DNA from: Octopus vulgaris
Taxonomy: Eukaryota
Reading direction: 5' to 3'
NCBI GenBank assembly: GCA_951406725.2
Contig: OX597816.1
Location: forward strand, 179,428,001-179,492,000
DNA length: 64,000 nt
Below the pieces are notes generated by a model. That model saw nothing but the letters and a program-made list of their open reading frames with translations. It was not told the origin of the DNA and searched no databases. A program made the position numbers and the translations under genes. This document shows positions 13,759 through 27,099 of the stretch, one piece after another. Position 1 is the stretch's first letter, and every line of letters starts with the position of its first letter.

Positions 13759-14779
13759 ATTAATTTGGTTGATTTTTCGTTAACCTTACTATTGAAATGT
13801 GGATATACAAAGAGTTAAGTTAACAGGACTGTTTAATTTGGTTTTGCACAACTGGTAAAAAACCCATCAATTCCATCTGCATTAAATATGTCTTCTTTGT
13901 TGTAAGAATGATAATGTTTTTCCCTTTCCATTCAATCGTTTCTTTAGTACTGTAACATCAGCTACATCAATACAGATAACTCAGGCTGTTCATCTGTATC
14001 AACCACAAAATACATTTAAGCCATCCAACATTGGCCTGAAAATATCAGTGACTCAAAAGTGTTGCCATGTAATGAGAACTGAGAAATTATGTAAATTTAT
14101 TTGTGGGAGACCAAGAAATCCAAGATACTTAAGAAATGTAAATATTTTTAGTTAAATATGATGCCCACAAAAAGGCTTGGATCACAAAAGATTTATTTGC
14201 TTCTTGGTTAAATGAAATGGACAGCAAAATGGAAATAATTACTGTTGATAGACCACTGTTTTGAACATAAAAAACAGCCTTATTTATATAATGTTTGAGT
14301 TGAGTATTTTCCACCAAATTTCACTGCAAGTTTTACTGTGAATTATCTTTAGAAGCATTGCATCTAGGGATAATACACACCTTGAAAAGTCATTACAGAA
14401 AAAATAACATTGGAAAGATTATGTTTGATATGAACAACAGTGAGGAAATCCTAATAACTGATGCTAAACAAGTGGCTGATAAGATAGCAACTATGTGGTG
14501 GGCAGTGAAAGCTGAATCAATCATAAAATGCTGACAAAACACTCAGTTTTCTTAAAATCTCTTCAGAAATAGTGCTTGTGATGAAAAAGTAGATTTTGAA
14601 TAATATGAATGTGATGAAGAAATTCAAGTTGTGGAACTCAGTTCCAGCTGTAAAATAACCCTTTTTTGAATTACAGGTACTACTCAATTTGCTAGAGAAT
14701 GCATGCTGTATGGTCCTTCAACACCATCAACTTACACACAAAAATCCGACTCTGTAATAGCATAGTTCTACAAGTAGAA

Positions 14780-15215
14780 CTCTATGCTAGTGAGACATGA
14801 AACAGTACTGTAAAAATTGACAAAAAGCTAGATGTATTCCACCAAAAATATTTGAGAAGGATTCTGAGAATTTATTGGCAAACCTATATAACCAATGAAG
14901 ACTTTCTAAAGAAAGTAAGCATAAGACCATTTAGCAAAATCATCAGAGAATGTAGACTAAAACTAGCAGGTTACATACTCTGACTACCAGAACAACACCA
15001 TTTTAAAACAACTTTCAAATGGAAACCACTGGAAGGAAGAAGAAAGAGAGGAAGACCAAAAAACTATGGAGTGCAGAACATTCATAACTGACATGAGTGA
15101 GGCCAATATCATATGGCCAGATGAAGAGAAAACTACTAGCAAAGAAACCAACGGTCCAGCTTGCTGCCTTATGTGTTTGGAAGCACGGGAGGAACTGGTA
15201 TTGACACTAAGCCTT
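14780..15215 (+). mobile_element. RTE-clade LINE 3' remnant
   Basis: Manual translation KKLDVFHQKYLRRILRIYW...RLKLAGYIL*...WKPLEGRRKRGRPK, a typical RTE C-terminus. Confidence 0.75.
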
Positions 15216-16264
15216 CAAATATTATTACTGAGTTTGATTGTTAGTATCACATGAGCTGCAAAATTGGTAAAGCTATTGAGAAATCAAAAGAAAATGAAAA
15301 AGGAAAACAAAAGAAACTGAAGCTGGTGCTCCAGATCAGAATATTCTAGTATTTTAAAAGTGGTATGGCAATACCATTCTTCTTGCACAGAAATATCAGA
15401 CACTGTGTTTCAATATGTAACTAGAATTGATGACAAAATGTGATAAAGTGCTCAATTCAAAATTACTGATTTTTCTTTTTCTCTGCAACTGGACTCTTGA
15501 TTAGGTATATGCACATGCACACAGACATGTGTATGCCCACCCCACCCCCATTATATCCTAAAATATATAAGAAAGAAATTAGCTGAGTTTAAAATTTGCA
15601 AGGTATTCTCCAGAGTGCAAGCCTAGGCAGGGTTTGTATGGAAGATCAGCAGTTGCTCATGCAACAGCTCTCTTTTTTACACATTACTGGTGTTGTCCAA
15701 GAGATGGGTAAGGGTTTATAAAGCATAGCACCAATGCTGGTGTATAAGTTGCTGGAACAATATTGAAAACAATGTTGAACCACCTTTGGGACTTTGCCTT
15801 AGGACTGCTTCTCAAAGTCTTCCTCATAGATGAGTATTGCTGCAAAGCAGAAAAGGTTTGAAATCAGAATTTGCCCTCTCATAGATAAACAGCTTTCCCA
15901 AATTGAAGAGAGTCATCTCTCTGAAGCCTTGGTTTTAGGATGCCAGCATCCACTTTTACTCCTTCTTTCAGTACAGTTCTGCTGGACTAAGAGGCACAAG
16001 AAAGCCAGGAGTTAGACATCTAGACATGAAATGCACTTCTTAGTTAGTGGGAGCTTACTCCAATACCATTGCAAGGGTTGTTATTCATTGTAAGATTTAA
16101 CATTACAACAAATAATAACAATTTTATCTATGTACAATGAAAACACAAATTGAAAAGTAATAAATACATCTTGTTCAGCAGATATGAATAATAGATGACT
16201 TGTCAAAACACAATGAAAAATAAAAAGGTGCCATTGAAAAGCAATCACAATGCTACAAGATAGC

Positions 16265-16483
16265 AAGGCGGCGAGCTGGCAGAAACGTTAGCACGCCGGG
16301 CAAAATGCGTAGCCGTATTTCGTCTGCCGTTACGTTCTGAGTTCAAATTCCGCCGAGGTTGACTTTGCCTTTCATCCTTTCGGGGTCGATAAATAAAGTA
16401 CCAGTTACGCACTAGGGTCGATTTAATCGACTTCATCCATTCGTCTGTCCTTGTTTGTCCCCTTGTGGGTAGTAAAGATATAT
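16265..16483 (+). mobile_element. SINE family B with 15-bp target-site duplication
   Basis: TSD aatgctacaagatag at 16249-16263 and 16484-16498; CpG-intact young copy. Confidence 0.9.
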
Positions 16484-17763
16484 AATGCTACAAGATAGTA
16501 ACCTGAATAGTGTAGTCAAGAATGTTTTTCAATAATATGCTCATAAAATACAATATTTCAATTACTCCTAATCAAAGGTAAATGTTATATTTAGAAAAGT
16601 GAGGTTTGGTAATAAAAGTGAAATAGGGTTAGATTGTGAAGGTGTGAGGCCTTGTAGTTAAGGTGCTGGATTCATGACTGTAAAATCAAAGCTTTTATTC
16701 TCAGACTGGGTGGCACATTGTATTCCTGAACAAAGCGCATTATTTCACATTGCTCCAGTCCATTCAGCTGAAAATGAGTACCAGTAACAGTCACAGGTTA
16801 GCTCTGTGATGGACGGGAGTTAGTTTACTAAAAAGGTAAACAAAAGTCAAGAACTAACAGAATTGCACCCCGAAGTTACTCTGATGCTTCCAAATGTCTG
16901 GTTACAAAGAAATTTTCAGATGGAACAAGTAGCGACTGTTCTTTGAGAGAAGCTGACAAATTAAGGATAGTTACTAAACCAATAGTATTATTGATTTATA
17001 TTCCAGTTATGCTAGAGCACAACTGATACATATGAGTGGACTGTGGAAAGATTCAAGTCATTCTCAGAATTACTAAACAATTCTGAAACTGGTGTGCACA
17101 ATATTAAACTCGTAATTTTCATATTAAAACAAAATCGACCATAATTTAGTAAACAAGTGTTATGAATATTTGCATCTTAAGAAATCTCAGAACACAGAAA
17201 AAAAAAACATGTCATCTACAGTGCAACATGCAAGTTTCTTGGCTGACATGTGAGCAAAAAGGAAACTGAAGTGCTAATATTACTACCGTACTTAGGTGCA
17301 CTTGACAAATTGGTTGTAGTTTTTTTTTGTACTTTATGCTGTGTTCAATGTCATTTTTTCGTTTTTTTTTTTTTTTAAATAGAGGTCAAAATGTTAGAGG
17401 CCTAACAATGAATTTATGAAAGTACATAAGTGGAAAAATCCTAAATGTTAAAAAACTATCAAACTAATTTTACAATGTCAAGCCTGTCAATATCTACAGT
17501 TGAAACAAGCAAAGAAAAAAAAAAACCCACAGTGGAGCAGAAAACCAACCTTCATAAAACATATTTAAGTCCACTATAACTAAAGAGTGCTTAAATTCTT
17601 TATAGATATTGTCTCCAGAGAATGACATAGCAAGAAAGGTCTTGTATGACAAAACTGAACATAAATATGTTACTTGGAAGAAAAAAGAAAAAAAATTTTT
17701 TTTAAAGTATGTATTTTTATGTGGGTCTAAAATAAAAGATTATAATTCTGTCAGCTTACCACC

Positions 17764-17827
<64 letters not shown>

Positions 17828-17828
17828 C

Positions 17829-19570
17829 AGGAAAATAAGCCATCTATTTTATATTTTTATTTTATATGGATGATTTAAAACTATATGGCAAAGATGATGA
17901 AGAGCTCGAAGGATTATTACATACTGTGAAAGGATTCAGTGATGATATCGGGATGGAGTTTGGCCTTGAAAAGTGTGCCAAATCCACTTTTAAGAAAGGG
18001 AAATTAGTAAAGTCTAGTTCAATCGAATTAGATGTCGAAACAGTAATAAAGGAACTTGAGCAGGAACAAACCTATAAATACCTAGGAGTAAATGAAGGGT
18101 CAGGTATCCAGCATGCAAGCATGAAAAAGAAGGTTAGGAAGGAATGTTATAGAAGAGTTCAAGCAGTCCTGAAGTCTGAACTGAATGCATATAATAAGGT
18201 GTTAGCCATAAATTCCTTAGCAGTACCAGTTGTTCTTTATAGCTCCAATGTGCTTAACTGGAATACCAGTGAAATAATGAAAATTGACAGAAAAATCCGC
18301 AAGCTTGTAATAAGATGCACCATATAAAGGCAGACGTGGATCGTCTTTACCTTCCCAGGGCTCAGGGAGGGTGAGGATTGATCCAGCTTGAACTTACATA
18401 CAAAACTACCCCAATCGGACTGGCCAAATACCTTGAAGCAACCAACGATTGGATGCTAAAACTTGTTGAAAAACATGAAAGACCGAAAAAACATCCCTCT
18501 ATTCTCAAAGAGAGCAAAAAATTCGCTACTGATCTCTTAGATACCCACTAGATTGATCAGGTTGAAGGAAATGCGCCAACTGCTGCTGCAAAGAAGATAA
18601 AATTAGTTGCAAAAACAAAAGAACATGAAAAATTAGCTAGCAGATGGGAACAGAAACCTCTGCATGGCAAGTATGTGGCCCGTAGCAAAAAAGCTGATGT
18701 CGACGAGAAACACACGCACCAATGGTTACGAAGCTCAGGGCTAAAAGCAGAGAGTGAAGCTTTCATATTAGCTGCTCAAGACCAAAGCTTATTAACCCGG
18801 AACTACCAAGCCAATGTGATAAAAAATGGAGCTGACCCAAAATGCCGATTCTGTAACGATGAGATTGAAACAATAGACCACCTAATCTCAGGGTGTAGAG
18901 TCTTAGCACCTGCAGAATATAAAGCAAGACATGACAGAGTCGGCCAGTATTTACACTGGACAACATGTCGGCATTATAAAATCAAAACTGCTGACAAATG
19001 GTATAAACACCATCCTGAAGCTGTGACTGAGGGAGAAAATGTGTCGATTCTATGGGACTTCCCCGTGCAGTCCGAAGGACTATAAAAGCTAATAAACCGG
19101 ATATTATTATAAAAGATCAGACAAAAAAGATGTGTTTATTAATTGACACGTGTATCCTTTGCAATCACAATATAGCGGCGAAAGAATTTGACAAGATTAG
19201 TAGATATAAAGACTTGCTAATAGAAATTGAAAAAATGTGGCATCTCAAGGCGACTACAGTACCAGTGATTGTAAGATCTCTAGGAATGATAAAAAAAGGT
19301 ACTGAAACCTATTTGAAAATGATACCAGGCTTACCATCCCTACTGGAAGTGCAAAAAATCATATTAACTGGAACGGCTCATGAACTGAGAAGAGCTTATC
19401 GCTGTGAAAACACCATCCATCCATGAATTTATTTATTTATTAATTTTTAAATACATATTTTGTCTGTGAATTTGCGCATGTAATCTGGGAATGCATACAA
19501 TGAGCTTCTATACCCTAGGTGTATGGAAAACACTTGGCGAGAAACGGAAGAAAATTTGAAGAAAGAAGAT
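17829..19570 (+). mobile_element. 5'-truncated R4/Dong-like non-LTR retrotransposon (RT C-terminus, CCHC, RLE endonuclease), pseudogenised
   Basis: YMDDLKLY RT motif, YKYLG, CRFC...ETIDHLISGC zinc knuckle, RHD and KPDIII endonuclease motifs; split by frameshifts and stops; flanked by TAA repeats. Confidence 0.9.
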
Positions 19571-19597
19571 AAAAAAAAAAAAATAATAACAATAATA

Positions 19598-19790
19598 TAT
19601 TATTTACAATTGATGGATATTTGTCTTCATCTTGTCCCAGGTTTGAAATTTCCCCAAGACATCTAATGAAGGCTGAAGGGTATATCAGCCGAAACGTTGT
19701 ACTAACAACAAACAAGATGAGGACAAATATCTGTCAATTGTAAATAATGTAAATAATGTACATTATTTATCATCTCTTAAATATATAATA
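19598..19790 (+). mobile_element. Penelope-like terminus (same family as 11288) with short inverted 5' arm
   Basis: ctaatgaaggctgaagggtatatcagccgaaacgtt; 19601-19635 is the inverse of 19712-19746. Confidence 0.7.
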
Positions 19791-20586
19791 ATAATAATAA
19801 TAATAATGTTTTCTTTATTAACCACTAAGGGTTCAGAAAAATCATTGAGGACTATGATGATGGTGATGATAATGATAGTAATGATAATGATTTCTGAATT
19901 AGGCACAAAGACAATTATTTTAAGAGGAAGGGGCGTAGTCAATATTGCTTAGTGGCATTTTGTCCGTCCTTACATTCTGAGTTCAAATTCTGCCGAGGAC
20001 AGCTTTGCTTTTCATCCTTTCAGGGTCAATGTAATCGACAAGTCCCTTCCCCAAAATTTCAAGCCTTGTGCGTTTAGTAGAAAGAACCACCACCGCCACC
20101 ACCGCCACCACCGCCACCACCACCACCACCACCACCACCATCATTATTAAAAGTACTTTGCTGCTAAAGGTTGAGTTTTGGGATTCTCTTGCTTCACTTT
20201 CCCCAGTAGTAAAAGTCTATTTTCTTTTGTAACCTTTCTTATTACATGTGTGGTGAGGGAGAGGAGAAAGAAATATTTGACAACTTGTTATTGTAATGTC
20301 TTCTTGCAAGAACAACAACACAAGTTAAAAATAGGTTTAAGATTCCTTTGTGAAATAGATAAGAAATTAATCCAAATCAGCCACTGAACTTATTTTATAA
20401 TGAGCCAGTACTATTAACTCATTTGTTTACAAGACTATAAATAGTCTCTTTTATAAAGAAACAATTTGTCTTTGTAGTTTTTTTACTGCTATAGAATTTA
20501 AGTGAAGAGATCTCTCTAAATTTGTATTCAATATCAGCAATAGAGTCTGTAAGGTAACTGAAGTCCCTCAAAAAGTCAACATATCA

Positions 20587-20749
20587 GGTATGGCTGTGTG
20601 GTGAGAAGCTTGCTCCCCAGACACATGGTTCTGGGTTCAGTCCCACTGTATAGCACCTTGGGCAAGTGCCTTCTTCTATAACCTCAGGCTGACCAAAGCC
20701 TTGTGAGTGGATTTGGTAGATGGAAACTGAAAGTTTGTGTGTGTGTATG

Positions 20750-20784
<35 letters not shown>

Positions 20785-21191
20785 AATTCAGAAAGTCACA
20801 GAGAAAAACAAAAAAAATAACTGTTTGGACGTGGCACAAGCAATGTGTTAATAAGATGCTCAGAGAAAGAAAAGAGCAGAAGTTTTACATTTCTAGCCAA
20901 ACTAGAAACAGGAAAATCCAAGATGAAGGAAGAAAAAAAAAAATCGCCAACAATCAAGTGTGGTTACAGTTTTGAAGTAAGTGACAGGAAGTAGGAACGA
21001 AGGAAAACTGCTTTCCGGAAGAGGAAAGTGCAAAAACGGTCAGTATGCCTGCGTGTGTGCATGTGGTAGCATGTGGTCTGTGTGGTAGCATGTGTATGAA
21101 TGGTAGTGTGTGTATGGCAGTAACTATGTTGGTGTGTGTGTGGTGGTAACTATGTGATGCATGTGTGTATGGTAGGATGTGTGTGTATGGA

Positions 21192-21224
<33 letters not shown>

Positions 21225-21950
21225 ATGTTGCTCTGAGAGATCAGCAGCTATAGTGACAGACTAGCAGTATCGCCCGGCGTTGCTCAGGTTTGTAAGGGAA
21301 ATAACTATAAAGCATTTTTAGAGAGTTATAGCCAAAATATAGCAAAAAAATGGGGAAAAAATGGTAAATTTTTTTGAGAGTTAAAAAAGGTGGAGTTGCG
21401 TCCCCTAGACGGTCTGTGGTTTGTGTTTCTGATTCTGGACCCCATGTCGAATTTATCGATTTTTTTCAGAACTGGGGGAACTTTTCAAAATTTTCGCTGC
21501 TTTAGTTTTGAATTATGACATTGGGCTATGTGTGTGTCAAGTTTCATCAGAATCGGTTGAAAGCCGTGGTCAGGGTGAGGGTACAACCTGACAGACACAC
21601 AGAAACACGCACAGACAAACTGCCGTTTATATAGAGAGAGATGCGTGAATGGCACATATGGCAGTGTTTATGTGTGTGCATAGATGATATATTTGTATAT
21701 ATTTGTGCGTTCATGTCTGCGTTTGTCCCCACCACCATCACCATCACTTGACAACCAATGCTGGTGCGTTTATGTCCCCATAACTTAGTGACTTGGCAAA
21801 AAGTGACTGATAGAAGAAGTAATAGGCTTACAAAAATTAAGCCCTGGTGGTGGTGGTGGTGGTGGGGGGGCAATTTGTTCAGTTAAAACCCCTTAAGGTG
21901 GAGCTCCAGCATGGCCACAGTCAAATGACTGAAACAAGTAAAAAAGAAGA
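20587..21950 (+). mobile_element. SINE family A split by nested insertions
   Basis: Head at 20587-20740, body and tail at about 21665-21950, with a repeat related to 44670-44870 and a Helitron in between. Confidence 0.65.
21261..21641 (-). mobile_element. non-autonomous Helitron
   Basis: On the minus strand: 5' TC, subterminal GC-rich hairpin (cctgagcaacgccggg), 3' CTAG, inserted between A and T. Confidence 0.8.
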
Positions 21951-22447
21951 AGAAAAGAATAACTTGTTTACAGGAAGATTTTCTTTTAAATATTTTCAAC
22001 AATTTTTTTAACTATTCAACTAAATTAGATGGATTACCAATTAACTTTAGACAGAAGGGAAAATTAATATTTATATTTTGAATAAAATCAAAATAAACCA
22101 AAATAAAATGCACTCATATTTGAAAGATGTAATAACACAACAATGAGGAGGCATGGGTTTAAGAGCGATGAAGTTTTTATATTTTTATATTCCCTAACTC
22201 TCTAGCATTTAAACAGACTGTATTCTACCAGTTTAAGGTTCAAACTGGCCATATACAGCCTCTCATACATATTGTACAACATCATTCTAGAAATGCACAA
22301 TCCTATTATAGAAATCTTGCCGGTACAAGATACTACAGGATTAATTTAAAGCAATGAGAATAAATAAGCATTAAACTTTGCAGAATGAAGTGAATGCTGA
22401 AGGGTTAAATGAACAATATTGCTTGCACCAGCACATGACACACACAT

Positions 22448-22890
22448 CCTTTTATTCTTTTACTTGCTACAGTCATTTGACTGCAGCCATGCTGGAGCAC
22501 TGCCTTAAAGGGTTTAAGTTGAAGTAATTGACCCCAGGACTTATTCTTTGTAAGCCTAGAACTTATTCTATCGGTCTATTTTGTTGAACTGCTAAGTTAC
22601 AAGGATGTAAACACACCAGCATCAGTTGTCACGCAATGGCAGGGGTACAAACACTCACATACACATACAAATATATATATACATATATATATACATATAC
22701 ATATACATATATATATATATACATATATATATACATGTACATATGATGGGTTTCTTTCAGTTTCCATCAACCATATCCACTCAAGGCTTTGGTCAGCCAG
22801 AGGCTATAGTAGAAGATACTTGCCCTGAAGTGCCACACAGTGGGACTGAAACCGGGACAATGTGGCTGGGAAGCAAGCTCCTTACCACGC
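22448..22890 (-). mobile_element. SINE family A
   Basis: Full head-microsatellite-body architecture on the minus strand. Confidence 0.85.
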
Positions 22891-23418
22891 ACACACATAT
22901 ATATATACACATCCTTTTGCCAAGTCTGTCCGTAAACGAAGTGATCCCAAGATAAGAAATCTTTGAACTTTAATTCATCCCGTATCTCTATTTATTATTA
23001 TTTATTATTTATTACTTATTATTTATCATTATTCTGATCCCCCTAGTCGCCACTCTGTTTACTATTTCAGCCTCGCCTCGTTTTTGCATATTCTGTATAA
23101 TTCATTAGTTATCGTTATAGATATTTAAGATCTATCTCCCTTACAGGGCTGATAGAATTGGCCGCCGATTATTCGCGGCGCGCCTGCCCTACCCACCCCC
23201 ACCACCAAAACCGGATATCTCTATTTTGCTCCAACTATACCGGATGTCGTTTCTCCCACCACCATTATAGGTGTCTACTCTTTGAACCCCCCTCTTCAAT
23301 ACGCTATTTCACCATGCATTACCCCTCTCTTGATATCCTATGTTCTACTTGCCTAGAACCTGTCCTCTGAACCACCCCTCCCACTGGTGCTCCCCTATAT
23401 TTCTGCACCCCCCCCCAG

Positions 23419-23660
23419 AAAAAGCACCATCCGAACGTGGCCGATGCCAGACCCCTCTGGCACCTGTGCAGGTGGCACGTAAAAAACACCCACTACACTC
23501 GCGGAGTGGTTGGCGTTAGGAAGGGCATCCAACTGTAGAAACACTGCCAGACTAGACTGGAGCCTGGGGCAGTCCCGAGCTCCCCAGACCCCGGTCGAAA
23601 CCGTCCAACCCGTGCTAGCGCGGAAAACGGACGTTAAACGATGATGATGATGATGATGAT
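23419..23660 (+). mobile_element. RTE-related non-autonomous retroposon with (GAT)n tail
   Basis: ggagtggttggcgttaggaagggcatcc...ggacgttaaacgatgatgat; further copies at 25385-25568, 26785-26890, 48895-49497 and 60198-60530 (-). Confidence 0.8.
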
Positions 23661-24339
23661 ACCAAACACACATATACCACACACACATATATACACACAT
23701 ATACCGGACGAGCCCCACTGTTTTGTTAAACGATGATGATGATACCAAACACATACTTATTCTTTGTAAGTCTAGTACTTCTTCTATTGGTCAGTTTTTG
23801 CTGAATCACTAGATGATGGGTCATAAACATACCAACATCAGTTATCAAGTGATGGTGGGGAAGAAACGCACACAAATACATACATACAATCCCCATCTAC
23901 CAAATCCACAAATGAAGCTTTGGTCAGCTTGAGGTTATAGTAGAATATATACATATATGTATGTATATATAGATCTAAGAAACCATAAATCAGGGAAAAG
24001 GTGCACTTGTATATCTGTCAGTAGAGTGGGTATATTATCTGAAATGCATAGTATTATATATCCATCATGGCTGATCTTACTAATCAGTTTCGCGCAAGGA
24101 ATACAATGGAGTGTTAGGTACCAATCTGATTATAATAACCTTACACTCATCAGAGTTAGCCAATATGGAAGGGAATATGGCAACTGCTCTCTATTGTTGG
24201 AGGTGGATTAACACAACTGGTGTGTAGCTTCTAAGAGAAGGGTGGTGAAACAAAAGAGGCCCTATTTCATTTTACCCCCTTCTTCACAGCGGCTGCACAC
24301 CAGCTGGGTTTCCAGCTTTCAAATCTAGGTCATCAGCAT

Positions 24340-24760
24340 AAAGGAGTTCTGATGCGCAACCGGTCTTAGACTCCTCTATTATGACCTGAGGGACAATATT
24401 AACTGGGAGGGAATGAAACTTGAACCCTGGTGAACTCCAGTCTGCACAATAAATTCATCACTATACACATTGTTATGTTTACCTTACTAACTGTATCCCT
24501 GGACATTATTTGGACAGCTCTTCATCTACTCCTTCCTAGCTTCTGTAACATCTACCAGATCAGAGAGTGAAAGACCTTGTTGAAGGATTTCTGCAGGTCA
24601 ACATAATCCAAGTACAGCAGTTTACTTTTGGATAAATACTTTTCCTGCTTCACCAGGAAGACAGCATCAGTGGAATTTCTCCATGACAAAAAAACAAACT
24701 GCATCTCATCTAATCTAAACCTTAGTAGCTGTGCTATACTTATTTCTGTAACTTTCAAGT
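24340..24760 (-). mobile_element. RTE-type reverse transcriptase remnant
   Basis: QFVF...NSTDAVFLVKQEKYL...YVDLQKSFNKV and downstream ELLYADDL on the minus strand. Confidence 0.75.
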
Positions 24761-26232
24761 CCTAGTTCAACTGATTAGAAATAACAATGTCACTGAAGAA
24801 TGATAATTTAGGAAAGCATTCTTCATACTAAATATAAATATGGTAAGGTCTCATATATGTAATATGTTATTTATCAGCTGTGCATTTTTGGGTTTCACAA
24901 AATGGAATACGTTATTTATTGAATTGACTGTTACTTGCTTAAACTTTTTATTTCATGGGATACAATATCTATCAGGTTTGACAACATTATGCTAATAGTG
25001 TTTTAATAAAAATATGTGAGAAAATTACATTTAAAACAAATTTATTTCAGAGAATTTTGCATCCTTATAGTTTATTAATATGTTGTAAAGGTTTATTTTA
25101 GGCCTTCTCTTAAAGTATGCTGATAAGAGGCTTTCATTTCATTCATTTAATCAACTGAAATACTTAATTATTAGCATGGAAGAGAAATCTTCAGAAATAT
25201 TAACAAGGGGTTATGAGGCATCCAATCACATTTTAAATATATTTTTTATTTCATTGAAAAATGTTATCCCTTTTCTTCACCATATTTCTAACATTAGTAC
25301 ACTACATAGTCCAATTAATTTTCAAAATAACCAAGAATTTATAAAGGCTCAGTAGAGTAACATAAGCATGATTATTTATTGTCGATGGCACGTAAAAAGC
25401 ACCCACTACACTCTTGGAGTGGTTGGCGTTAGGAAGGGCATCCAGCCGTAGAAACACTGCCAGACCTGACTGGCCTGGTGCAGCCTTCGGGCTTCCCAGA
25501 CCCCAGTTGAACCGTCCAACCCGTGCTAGCATGGAAAGCGGACGTTAAACGATGATGATGATGATGATATCAAACTGATTTTTGAAGCACAACAGAAATA
25601 GAAAACTTATCAAAATGTTCCCAGTGAGATATTCTCTTACATATGTAACCTATGATATGAATGGTTTTGGCTGTGTTGCAATATTGGAAGGGTTCATTTT
25701 TGTTTTCATTCTTTTATTTGTTCAGTCATTTGACTGTGGCCATGCTGAAGCACTGCCTTTTAGGATTTTTTAGTTGAAGAAATCAATCCCAGGACTTATT
25801 ATTTGTAAGTCTAGTACTTATTCTAGCAGGCTCTTTTGCTGAACTGCTAAGTTATGGGGATGTAAACACACCAACATCTGTTGTCAAGCAATGGTGGGAG
25901 GACAAACACAGACACAAAGACACCCCACCCACACACATAATTGATAATGAAGAGGAGACAGTTTCAGGTTTAGTCCTGCTGTGTGGAAACTTGGGCAAGT
26001 TTCTTCTACTATAGCCCTGGACTGACCAAAGCCCTTTGAGTGGATTTGGAAGAAATCCATCATACACACATGTAAATATCGTTAGTAGTTCATATATCCG
26101 AAAAAGAAGTACACTCTAAAACATTAGAGCGTTGTTTGTTATGGCTGGTCAGAGAGTGATCATTGGTTTCGCATCTATAAAGAGCTTCACTGTATAGGTG
26201 ACTTGTCAGACTCTAATGATCGAAGGCAATTT

Positions 26233-26292
26233 GAGTCTGATGAGTTGCCTATACAGCTAAATGCTTTATATGTATGAAACCAACAGTCACTC
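26233..26292 (+). ncRNA. type I hammerhead ribozyme motif (right arm of a 26133-26313 hairpin)
   Basis: GAGT-CTGATGA-[stem II]-GAAAC-CAACA-GTC-ACTC; stem I GAGT/ACTC, GUC cleavage triplet at 26286-26288. Confidence 0.65.
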
Positions 26293-26350
26293 TCTGACTG
26301 GCTATAGCAAACAGCCTTCTCTCTCTCTCTCTCTTATATATATATATATA

Positions 26351-26747
26351 CAGGAGTGGCTGTGTGGTAAGTAGCTTGTCTACCAACCACATGGTTCCGG
26401 GTTCAGTCCCACTGCGTGGCACCTTGGGCAAGTGTCTTCTGCTATAGCCTCGGGCCGACCAAAGCCTTGTGAGTGGATTTGGTAGACGGAAACTGAAAGA
26501 AGCCCGTCGTATATATGTATATATATATGTATGCGTGTGTGTGTTTGTGTGCCTGTGTTCGTCCCCCTAGCATTGCTTGACAACCGATGCTGGTATGTTT
26601 ATGTCCCCGTTACTTAGCGGTTCAGCAAAAGACACCGATAGAATAAGTACTGGGCTTACAAAAGAATAAGTCCCGGGGTCGATTTGCTCGACTAAAAGGC
26701 GGTGCTCCAGCATAGCCACAGTCAAATGACTGAAACAAGTAAAAGAG

Positions 26748-26748
<1 letters not shown>
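26351..26748 (+). mobile_element. tRNA-derived SINE, family A (young copy)
   Basis: tRNA-like head with A/B boxes (tggctgtgtggt...gggttcagtccc), internal (TA)/(TG) microsatellite, conserved body, A-rich tail. Confidence 0.9.
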
Positions 26749-26785
<37 letters not shown>

Positions 26786-27099
26786 GACTGGCCTGGTGCA
26801 GCCTTCGGGCTCCCTAGACCCCAGTTGAACCGTCCAACCCATGCTAGCATGGAAAACGGACGCTAAATGAATGATGATGATGATGATGATATACATACAA
26901 ACACACACATATATATGCACACATATATATAAATATATATATATATATATACACACTAACACATACACGTTTGTTTTGTCCCCCATCAGCACTTGACAAC
27001 CGTTGTTGGTTTGTTTACATCCCTTTAACTCAGCAGTTCAGCAAGAGACTAGTAGAATAAGTACCTGGTTAAAAAAAAAAAGAGTGATGAGGTTGATTT

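Noticed and set aside
26351-26430. tRNA-like sequence
   Set aside because: SINE head, not a functional tRNA gene; the same applies to the other SINE heads
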